From assembly GCA_964496765.1 (NCBI GenBank), contig CAZCAP010000014.1, positions 1 to 19,201 on the forward strand: a stretch of DNA of 19,201 nucleotides, given 5' to 3'. The DNA comes from an uncultured archaeon. GTDB taxonomy: Archaea > Iainarchaeota > Iainarchaeia > Iainarchaeales > CSSED10-239. The translations under genes and the position numbers were made by a program. Positions 7,062 to 14,657 of this stretch are shown here, in pieces. The notes below the pieces were generated by a model that was not told the DNA's origin, searched no databases, and saw only the letters and a list, made by a program, of their open reading frames with translations. Each line of letters begins with the position of its first letter. Within the stretch, counting starts at the first letter, position 1.

Positions 7062-10000
7062 TTATCCAAGGTTAAGACCAATAACACTTGTGTGATCCTT
7101 GAGAGTTACTCCAATTACCTGGTTTGCTCCAGATACGCTTGTTGAGTTGTGTGAAATAGAGATAATGGTTGTATTCTTTGATAGATCCTTAACAAAGCTT
7201 AATAGATTAAGTGTATTATAGTCATCAAGAGCAGCATCCACCTCATCAAGGATGTAGAATGGTGCTTTCTTGTAGGCATGAAGAGCGAAAATGAATGCTA
7301 AAGCAGTTACTGTCTTTTCTCCACCAGACATAATATCAATGTCCTTTGTTTTACCTTGCTTTGTTAAATTAATTGATAACTTAGATGTAAGAGGCTCAGT
7401 TCCGTCAAGAGCAAGATAACCAGATAGGGTTGCAGACATTTTTTTAATTATATCTTTAAACTCTTTATTTATTTTTTCAAAACAATCAATGAACACAGCT
7501 TCCTTCTTCATGGTAATCTCAGAAAGCATAGATTTTACTTGTTCCTTTTCTTTAACTAGAATATCACATTTTCTAATTATTTCATCATACTCTGCTGCAA
7601 GCTTCTCATAGGACTCAATTGCATTAAAGTTAATGTTTCCAAGAGCATTCTTATCTCTTCTTATTCTTCTTATGTTTGAATTAAGTTCTTCAATTGAAAG
7701 ATCTATTTCCTTTAGACCTTCAATATTTATATCCATGAGCTTAAAGTTCTGTTCAACAGTGTTAATCTTGTTCTCCGTGGTTGAGATATTTATATTTGAA
7801 TTATTTATTAATAGATTAAGCTCAGAGATGTCCTGATCATAGGCATGTAAACGATTAGATAGATCTGTTATCTTGCTTGTAATCTCTGATTTTTCAGAGA
7901 AAAGGTGTACCTTTTTAGAGTCCTCTCCCTCAAGTGATTTCTTAAGTTCATTAATCTTATTTTCAAATTCTGTTTTTTGATCAAGAAGACCTTTAAGCCT
8001 TTCATTTATAACTTTAATCTTGTCTTCATTAACCTCAATGTAATCCATTCTGTTATCTATCTTTTCCTTTAGTATCTTCTTTTCAGAGTTTTTCTCAATC
8101 AAACTTTGCTCAAGAGTTGTTAATTCACTAACAACATCATCAAACTCATCTCTTAGAATATTGTTTGCGGAGATTGAATATTTTTTTAGTTTTTCTTCAA
8201 GAGCGCTCTTCTTTTTTGTGAACTCTTGGATTTCGTTCTCAAGGGTTGGAATTTCTTTTTGAATGTGTCCAAGATTTTCTGTGACTTTAGTATAAACTGT
8301 TTTATCAAGAGTGTCTTTCCCTTCAAGACTTATATTTTCAACAACATCCTTATACAGTTCCTTTTGGGTGTTTAACCAAATCTGTTGACTTGATGCTTCC
8401 CTAGTGTCTGCACTTCTTTGTGCATCTATTCTTTCAAGTTCCTTTTGAATTCTATGAAGTTCCTTGTTTAAAGAAGAAATTTCGTTTTCACAGTTGGTTG
8501 CATCAGCTTCTATCTTACTTGAGTCCTTATGGGCTATCTTCTTATAGGAAAACCCATCAAAGTAAAAATTATCAATAGCAACATCTGATTTTGATTTTAA
8601 AGCAACCTGCTTATTAAAATAATCAGAAAGCCCTTCTTTTTTAATCCCAAGAACAGAAAGAATAACAAATGAAAGATTGTATTCGCTTGTGTTCTTTATT
8701 ATTCCTTTAATTTCAGAATCATCCTCTAGAACAATATAGGAAGAATAATATGTTTTTTGATCCTTGCTTAGGGAGATTAGTTCTTCAAGGAATCCAAGAC
8801 AACTTTTGTGCTTTGCAAGAACAGGCTTAATTCCTTCCTTCTTTTTAAGCTCACCAGAATAAAAAGATAGATCTTTATTTATGGACATCAAACTTATTTT
8901 CTTTTCTTGGATCTCGTTAATTATTTTTTGTTCTTCTTCTTTCTTTATTTCAAATTCTTTAGTAATATCTTCAAGCTTTTTTGTGGATTTTAGAATGTTC
9001 TTTTCAAGATCATTCATTTCTTTTTCTATTTCTTGCTTCTTTGTGTTAAGAGATTTAACTTTATCAATTATCTCTTTATCTTTTTTTTCAATAATTTCTT
9101 TTTGCATAGCAAATGCATTAAGCTTGTTCTTCTTATCGTAAAGCATATCCTGTCTGGAAGTGAGATCCTTGTTATAGGCATTTAGGGTAGTATAGAGTTC
9201 ATCCTGCATTGTTTTAATTTTTTCAAATTCTTTTTTGTCCTCTGACAACTTAATTTTCAATGAATCTCTTACTCTTGCTTTTTCATCAACCTTTTGGGTT
9301 ATGTTTTTAATAACCCCATCAACCTCTGATTCCTGTTTCTTAAGAACAGATAGAACCTCAACTGCTTCTTTATTTTCTTTCTCAAGATAATTTAGGTTCT
9401 CCTGATTAATGTTTATATTATTAATTACAATTTCCTTATTAGCTTGGGTTTCAGAATATCTTTTCCCAACAGTTGATTGAACCTTTTCAGAATGGCTAAT
9501 AAGTTCATTATTGATTCTTTCTAGTTTGTCTTCGTTTTCTTTTACTTCTTGGGTTATCTTTGCTTTATCTTTAATTAATAAAGATAGTTTTTCCTTATCC
9601 TCTTGAATATCTTTTTGTTCCTTTTCAATTTCCTTTGTAAAAAAATCAATTTGTTTTTTATAAAGATTATAATTATAAAGATTTTCTTCAACTTCAATAT
9701 CTTTATATTTAATTGCAGCATCCTTTTCAGATCTCAATTGCTCAACATAGGGTTTTCTTTCAGAAAGTGCAATGTTTACTTTAGATAGCTTTTCATCAAC
9801 CTTCTTTAGATTGTCCTCTGCTTCTTTTTTTCTTTCATCAAACAAGGATATTCCAGAAACATCATCAATTATGCTTCTTCTCTCTTCCGGATTAAGATTA
9901 ATTATTCTATTAACATCGCCCTGTTGAACAGTATTATGTCCATCAGTATCTAATCCAATCTCCTTTAGGAAACTAATTATCTCATGAAGTGCTTTTCTTT

Positions 10001-10313
10001 TCTCATTAAGCATAAAAACAGATTTACCAGATTCATCAATCTCACGAACAATTTCTATGTCTTCGTTATTGTGTTCAATAACCACTCTTACTCTAGCTGT
10101 TTTTGCTCTTGTGTTATGATTAATAAGCTCAGATAACCTATCAACCCTTAATCTTTTAAGAGAAGTAGATCCAAAAACAAATAGAAGAGCATCAACTATA
10201 TTACTTTTACCAGAACCATTAGGCCCAACAACAATATGTAATCCCTTTGAGAATGGTATTTTAGCAAACTCAAATGATTTAAAGTTTTTAATTACAAGTT
10301 CTTTTATTTGCAT
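7062..10313 (-). CDS. smc: Chromosome segregation ATPase SMC
   Basis: 1083 aa. The N-terminal head has IKNFKSF and Walker A GPNGSGKSN, followed by VQQGDV...PEERR...GIS. Two long heptad-rich arms are present. The C-terminal head has the signature motif SGGEKT and Walker B/D-loop FYILDEVDAALD, then ISHNS...GVT. The central hinge region looks short and degenerate (see findings). Confidence 0.9.
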   Translation of the reverse strand: MQIKELVIKNFKSFEFAKIPFSKGLHIVVGPNGSGKSNIVDALLFVFGSTSLKRLRVDRLSELINHNTRAKTARVRVVIEHNNEDIEIVREIDESGKSVFMLNEKRKALHEIISFLKEIGLDTDGHNTVQQGDVNRIINLNPEERRSIIDDVSGISLFDERKKEAEDNLKKVDEKLSKVNIALSERKPYVEQLRSEKDAAIKYKDIEVEENLYNYNLYKKQIDFFTKEIEKEQKDIQEDKEKLSLLIKDKAKITQEVKENEDKLERINNELISHSEKVQSTVGKRYSETQANKEIVINNININQENLNYLEKENKEAVEVLSVLKKQESEVDGVIKNITQKVDEKARVRDSLKIKLSEDKKEFEKIKTMQDELYTTLNAYNKDLTSRQDMLYDKKNKLNAFAMQKEIIEKKDKEIIDKVKSLNTKKQEIEKEMNDLEKNILKSTKKLEDITKEFEIKKEEEQKIINEIQEKKISLMSINKDLSFYSGELKKKEGIKPVLAKHKSCLGFLEELISLSKDQKTYYSSYIVLEDDSEIKGIIKNTSEYNLSFVILSVLGIKKEGLSDYFNKQVALKSKSDVAIDNFYFDGFSYKKIAHKDSSKIEADATNCENEISSLNKELHRIQKELERIDAQRSADTREASSQQIWLNTQKELYKDVVENISLEGKDTLDKTVYTKVTENLGHIQKEIPTLENEIQEFTKKKSALEEKLKKYSISANNILRDEFDDVVSELTTLEQSLIEKNSEKKILKEKIDNRMDYIEVNEDKIKVINERLKGLLDQKTEFENKINELKKSLEGEDSKKVHLFSEKSEITSKITDLSNRLHAYDQDISELNLLINNSNINISTTENKINTVEQNFKLMDINIEGLKEIDLSIEELNSNIRRIRRDKNALGNINFNAIESYEKLAAEYDEIIRKCDILVKEKEQVKSMLSEITMKKEAVFIDCFEKINKEFKDIIKKMSATLSGYLALDGTEPLTSKLSINLTKQGKTKDIDIMSGGEKTVTALAFIFALHAYKKAPFYILDEVDAALDDYNTLNLLSFVKDLSKNTTIISISHNSTSVSGANQVIGVTLKDHTSVIGLNLG

Positions 10314-10417
10314 AGTAAATCAATGATTCTTTATTTTTATGTAAATTAGAGTAATATAACTATAAAATAGTATACCAAAATATATTTAAATATGGGTTGT
10401 TAAAGAAAATGTTGAAA

Positions 10418-10999
10418 TTATTTATCAATAACTTCAGAATCAACTATGAATTTTGTGTTTTTACCTAGGCTTTGATTATATGATTCTTTTATACTTGTTA
10501 TAGTAACTTCTTTAAATTCCTTATATAATGGGTTTTTAGAAGTAAGACCATAATTGTTACTCCATTCAAACATGTGAACAGTATTTGTGTTTTTATCATA
10601 TCCCCATTTAAAACTGATTGCAGTTGGATTTGAGGTTTGATTAGATTTGGACTTAGGATTTAGAGATGCGCTCATATGGTGTGGATATTTACTAGAAATG
10701 TATTGTGATAGCTCATGAATGCTTCCAAATCCAAACAGGGTCATTAATTTTTTGGATCTAATCTGGATATTTTTATCATGCACTTGCCAAATTCTTTTTT
10801 TCATTACAACATGATACTCATTTTCTTCTGGAGTTAAACGTCTCATGCGCTCATTTGGGTTAGTTAGTTTTTTTTCTATATTCTTAAATTTAGAGATTTC
10901 TTTAATGTCCATTCCAATCTTACTTCTACGTGCAACAGGAACACTTGTTCTTTCTCTGCTTCTAATAAATACTTTTGGCTTAATTATTGGCTTTGGCAT
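10418..10999 (-). CDS. Hypothetical protein with a basic N-terminus and no recognisable domain
   Basis: 193-aa ORF in the same orientation as serS and smc. Its codon and amino-acid usage (K/N/I-rich) resembles its neighbours. I recognise no motif. No ScpA signature (F.GPLDLL) or ScpB signature is present. Confidence 0.5.
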   Translation of the reverse strand: MPKPIIKPKVFIRSRERTSVPVARRSKIGMDIKEISKFKNIEKKLTNPNERMRRLTPEENEYHVVMKKRIWQVHDKNIQIRSKKLMTLFGFGSIHELSQYISSKYPHHMSASLNPKSKSNQTSNPTAISFKWGYDKNTNTVHMFEWSNNYGLTSKNPLYKEFKEVTITSIKESYNQSLGKNTKFIVDSEVIDK

Positions 11000-11071
11000 A
11001 ATCTAATCACATTTAAATTAATTTAAGTTTATAACTAAAGTATAGAAAGAATAAGTTTATAAATTGTGTTT

Positions 11072-11091
11072 AAAAAAAGAAAAAAAGGAAA
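11072..11091 (-). terminator. Oligo-T tract immediately after the serS stop (archaeal-type termination signal candidate)
   Basis: The minus strand reads ttcctttttttcttttttt directly after the TAA at 11092-11094. No stable hairpin is present. Confidence 0.3.
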
Positions 11092-12381
11092 TTAGAAGAT
11101 ATTATTCTTCTTAATTTCTGTTTTACCATACATGTAGGGAACAAGAACTTCTGGAATCTTTACTGTTCCTTCCTTTGTTTGATAGTTCTCAAGGATAGCA
11201 ACAAGTGCTCTTGAGTTTGCAATCGCTGTGTTGTTTAAGGTATGAACAAAGTATTTCTCACCTGTCTTTGTTTTTGCTTTAATATTAAGTCTTGTTGCCT
11301 GTGCTCCAGTTAGGTTTGAACAGGATCCAACCTCAATAAACTCATTTCTTCTCGGAGACCATGCTTCAACATCAGCAGATCTGTACTTAAGATCGCCAAG
11401 ATCACCAGTACAAATTTCTAGGATTCTTGTTGGTAGACCCAATGATTTAAAAATCTCAAATGAGTTCTCTAGGATTTCATCATACATTTTTTCTGAATCT
11501 TCTGGTTTGCAAAGAACAACCTGCTCAACCTTATCAAACTGATGTAATCTGAATAAACCTCTTTCATCAAGCCCATGGGAACCAATCTCCTTCCTAAAGC
11601 AGGTTGAATAGGAATACATCTTTATTGGTAACTTGTCCTCATCAACAACCTTATCAACAAACATAGAGATAACTGGATGCTCAGAGGTTGCTATCATATA
11701 CAGATCTTCATCTTCTATCTTGTATATCATTTCCTTAAAGAAACTCATGTCTACAGCACCATCTGTTGCTCTTTTGTTTATCATTAATGGTGGAAGAACT
11801 AAAGTATATCCCTTCTTAGCTAAGAAATCTTGAGAATATCTCATGAGTGCATTACTTAATAATGCAAGGTCACCTTTTAGATAATAGAAGCCTTTTCCTG
11901 AGTTGTCTCTTGCTGCATCTAAATCTATTATATTCAAAAATTCAGCGAGCTCACCATGACTCTTGAGTGGGAAATCAAACTTAGGTATCTCACCTACTCT
12001 TTTGATTTCTACATTCTCTGTCTGATCCTTGCCTATTGGTGTTTTATCAGAGATAATGTTTGGAATAGTTTTTTGAATTTCAAGAACCTTATCTCTTAAT
12101 TCCTTTTGTGCTTTGTCAAGAACATCAATCTTGCTCGGTAGTTCCTTTGCTTCTTTTAGAAGATCATCAATTCCTTCATTCTTTGATTTTCTTTGAGATA
12201 TCTCATCAGTAATTTGGTTTCTTCTTTGTTTTAATACATTTACTTCCTTTATGTTATCTCTAAGTTTCTCATCAAGCAAAAGAAGCTCATCAACGGAAGA
12301 AGACTTATGTTCCTGGAATTTTTTCTTTAGGTTTTCTTTAACTATATCTACATTTTCTCTTATGTATTTTATATCTAACAT
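11092..12381 (-). CDS. serS: Seryl-tRNA synthetase (bacterial-type class II)
   Basis: N-terminal MLDIKYIREN followed by a long coiled-coil tRNA-binding arm. Motif 2: CFRKEIGSHGLDERGLFRLHQFDKVEQ. Motif 3 region: GSCSNLTGAQATRL...VHTLNNTAIANSRALVAILENYQ. A strong SD (aaggagg) lies 8 nt upstream of the ATG. Confidence 0.95.
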   Translation of the reverse strand: MLDIKYIRENVDIVKENLKKKFQEHKSSSVDELLLLDEKLRDNIKEVNVLKQRRNQITDEISQRKSKNEGIDDLLKEAKELPSKIDVLDKAQKELRDKVLEIQKTIPNIISDKTPIGKDQTENVEIKRVGEIPKFDFPLKSHGELAEFLNIIDLDAARDNSGKGFYYLKGDLALLSNALMRYSQDFLAKKGYTLVLPPLMINKRATDGAVDMSFFKEMIYKIEDEDLYMIATSEHPVISMFVDKVVDEDKLPIKMYSYSTCFRKEIGSHGLDERGLFRLHQFDKVEQVVLCKPEDSEKMYDEILENSFEIFKSLGLPTRILEICTGDLGDLKYRSADVEAWSPRRNEFIEVGSCSNLTGAQATRLNIKAKTKTGEKYFVHTLNNTAIANSRALVAILENYQTKEGTVKIPEVLVPYMYGKTEIKKNNIF

Positions 12382-12480
12382 ATGTACTTCCTCCTTTTTT
12401 ATTTATAGTAGCTTTTGTTAGTTATTGCTATCTTCTAGCAATATATAATAAATAGGACAAAGAGTATATAAATAATATAG

Positions 12481-12504
12481 AAAAAGAAAAAAATAAAATA
12501 AAAA
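12481..12504 (-). terminator. Oligo-T tract downstream of the FKBP gene (termination signal candidate)
   Basis: The minus strand reads cttttattttatttttttcttttt, starting 12 nt after the TAA at 12517-12519. No hairpin is present. Confidence 0.3.
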
Positions 12505-12516
12505 GATGTTTAGAAG

Positions 12517-13116
12517 TTAGTGCTTATGTTCGCACTCTTCATCTTCACAATCGCAGGCATCGTCATCTTCACAATTTTCACATTCCTTATCTCCACATGA
12601 ACATCCCTGATGTGTGTGAGCTTGGGATTTAGACATTTCTTTAAGTTGCTTTTGCATTGCAATCATTTCTTCTTCCACAACCTTTACTTCAGCTTCATCA
12701 AGAACCTTAACAAGCTTGATCTTGAAGTTTAAATTCTTACCTGCCATTGGGTGGTTTAAGATTACTGAGACTTTATCATCTTCTATCTTTACAACCTCAA
12801 TAACCATTGGACCCATGTTTGTCATCATGTTAAGCTCTTTTCCTTCCTCAAGAACAGAAAGATCTTGGAAAGAGGCTTTTGGAAGTTGTACAAGCTCTTT
12901 GCTTTTATCTCCATAGCCATCCTTAGGCTCAATCTTAATATCCTTTTCGTCACCAGGATTCATTCCAATAACAGCTTTTTCAAATCCAGGAATAACCATC
13001 CCTCCACCAATCTGGAACTTTAATGGTTCTCTTCCCTCAGATTTATCAAAAACAGTTCCATCATCAAATGCACCTGTATATTCAATCATTACCCAATCTT
13101 TTTCATTAACAGTCAT
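12517..13116 (-). CDS. slyD: FKBP-type peptidyl-prolyl cis-trans isomerase, SlyD-like, with a Cys/His/acidic C-terminal metal-binding-type tail
   Basis: DWVMIEYTGAFDDGTVFDKSEGREPLKFQIGGGMVIPGFEKAVIGMNPGDEK is the classic short-FKBP/SlyD N-terminal core. An insert-in-flap-like segment follows, then NHPMAGKNLNFKIKLVKV. The tail is HTHQGCSCGDKECENCEDDDACDCEDEECEHKH. SD aggaga lies 8 nt upstream. Confidence 0.85.
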   Translation of the reverse strand: MTVNEKDWVMIEYTGAFDDGTVFDKSEGREPLKFQIGGGMVIPGFEKAVIGMNPGDEKDIKIEPKDGYGDKSKELVQLPKASFQDLSVLEEGKELNMMTNMGPMVIEVVKIEDDKVSVILNHPMAGKNLNFKIKLVKVLDEAEVKVVEEEMIAMQKQLKEMSKSQAHTHQGCSCGDKECENCEDDDACDCEDEECEHKH

Positions 13117-13282
13117 AAATAATTTCTCCTAAAAATAGTAATTCAATATATATTTATGAACAAAAAGTATTATAATGGTTTTGGGTTAAAAGTGTCCAAC
13201 AAATATAACACTCTATCATTTAAATCTAAAAAAATACACTTAAAAAACTAATCCCCACATATATCCATATTAAAATAACTTG

Positions 13283-14020
13283 ATGTCTATGACAGAAGAA
13301 ACCCAAAATAAAGATATTTACTCAAAATATCTAAACACAGGTCTTTGTGATAAGGGGCTTTGTGAACTAAGTAAGAAAGACACAGCCATACTTCTATTCC
13401 ATGGATATGCACAGACCTCAAAAATATATAGACCATATCTAGATGTATTAAAAGAGTATGGAGATGTTTTTGCTCCTACGCTTACAGGGCACTATGAATC
13501 AAGAATTGTTGATATTAAGGATTATAAGGACCTTATTCAATCAAATCTAGAAATATATAAACTCGTAAGAGAACAATACAAGAAAGTAATAATTATTGGA
13601 TATTCTCTAGGAGGAATTATTTCAATCAATCTTGCAAGCAAGATTAAACCAGATAAGCTAATACTTATATCAACTCCAATTAATTATGATTATGAAGCAT
13701 TTAAGATAAGTGTATTATCTCTTATTAATGAATTTAGAAAAATTAAAAAAAATAAACAAGAATTTAAAATAAGCACCTATGTTGAAATGTTCAAACTTGC
13801 ATCTCTTGCAAGAAAACAATTAAAAAAAATTGATTGTGATACCCTCATACTTCATGGAGAAAAAGATGATTTAGATCCAATTGAACAATCATATTATATT
13901 CTAAGTAACATAAATTCTCAAAGCAGAGAATTTTATAGGATTAAGAATGTTAATCATTATGTTCTAGAGCATTATGATCTTGTTCTTCCGAAGATAATTG
14001 AATATATAACTAGAAAATAA
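13283..14020 (+). CDS. Alpha/beta-fold hydrolase (carboxylesterase/lysophospholipase-like)
   Basis: LLFHGYAQTS (oxyanion region), nucleophile elbow GYSLGG, LILHGEKDDL (acid residue) and NVNHYVLEH (catalytic His). ~245 aa, like Est30-type esterases. The track ORF begins at TTG 13280, and ATG 13283 is the likely start. Confidence 0.7.
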   Translation: MSMTEETQNKDIYSKYLNTGLCDKGLCELSKKDTAILLFHGYAQTSKIYRPYLDVLKEYGDVFAPTLTGHYESRIVDIKDYKDLIQSNLEIYKLVREQYKKVIIIGYSLGGIISINLASKIKPDKLILISTPINYDYEAFKISVLSLINEFRKIKKNKQEFKISTYVEMFKLASLARKQLKKIDCDTLILHGEKDDLDPIEQSYYILSNINSQSREFYRIKNVNHYVLEHYDLVLPKIIEYITRK

Positions 14021-14024
14021 AAAA

Positions 14025-14576
14025 TTATTTAATTTCTTTTTTGAAATACAATCTATCTTCATTATGACTATTCTTACCAGAACCCATTAATAAATAATTA
14101 TTTTTAATTAGATTATTATAACTATAAACGTTTTTAGGATGAGCAGCAGAAACACCCCATTTAAACCTAATTTTCTTCAAATATTTTTCTCTTAACTCAA
14201 GTAAATAACTTTGAATACCATACCCTCTAAACTCTGGAATAACACCAGCACCTGCCAATTCAGCAACCTTTGCTTTATCCACCCTACTTATTTTACAATT
14301 ATTTAACCAATAGGATATATTTTTATTATTAGGAACATACACAAGAGAATAGGCAATTGGCTTTTCGTTATAGTAAACCATATGCACTACTGACTTACCT
14401 TGGATATCTTTCTTTAAAAGAACAAAGTTATAGCCAGATGAAAATTCTTTTTCTATTCCCTTTAGATTATCTAATATACTTTGATAAAAAGTCTTAAAGA
14501 AAGGAATATTTAATGATTCTAGCTTATATATCTTAAATATCTTATTTTTTAATTTAATTTTAGTTATATATTTCAT
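14025..14576 (-). CDS. GNAT-family N-acetyltransferase
   Basis: 183 aa. The acetyl-CoA-binding motif A is recognisable in VIPEFRGYGIQSYLLELREKYLKK (R/Q-x-x-G-x-G/A). The gene converges on the hydrolase gene with only 4 nt between the stop codons. Confidence 0.7.
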   Translation of the reverse strand: MKYITKIKLKNKIFKIYKLESLNIPFFKTFYQSILDNLKGIEKEFSSGYNFVLLKKDIQGKSVVHMVYYNEKPIAYSLVYVPNNKNISYWLNNCKISRVDKAKVAELAGAGVIPEFRGYGIQSYLLELREKYLKKIRFKWGVSAAHPKNVYSYNNLIKNNYLLMGSGKNSHNEDRLYFKKEIK

Positions 14577-14657
14577 ATATACTCGAAAGTATAGAGAATA
14601 AATAATTATTTAAACCTTACACTCTTCTTTATATCTATACTTACACTAAAGGAGAGA

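Noticed and set aside
7126-7133. A further copy of the tRNA-Thr 3'-end sequence (gctccaga) inside smc, considered as a distal att repeat that would define a ~12-kb island.
   Set aside because: It is only an 8-mer, expected by chance in 19 kb, and it lies inside a conserved coding region (it encodes part of SGANQ). The bracketed DNA is core housekeeping.
7062-10313. Possibility that the SMC-family ATPase plus the adjacent GHKL-type ATPase form a Wadjet/Lamassu/Mks-like defence module.
   Set aside because: The head domains carry the canonical housekeeping SMC motifs (FKSF, GPNGSGKSN, QQGD, SGGEKT, ILDEVDAALD). No JetA/C/D, LmuA or MksE/F-like partners or nuclease/Toprim domains are present. 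The context (serS, slyD, adk) is core-genome. The neighbour has a histidine-kinase H box rather than a defence-type effector.
12423-12443. An 8-bp inverted repeat, tattgcta-tcttc-tagcaata, ~45-60 nt upstream of serS, considered as a T-box or operator element.
   Set aside because: It is far too short for a T-box leader, with no specifier loop or T-box sequence, and the whole leader is under 135 nt. It is AT-rich and could arise by chance. It may be a small 5'-UTR hairpin or operator, but the sequence alone gives no support.
14018-14027. Convergent hydrolase and GNAT genes with only 4 nt between stop codons, considered as evidence for an antisense regulatory overlap.
   Set aside because: Tight convergent packing is common in very compact genomes. 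No hairpin or conserved element is present, and there is nothing to test beyond transcript mapping.
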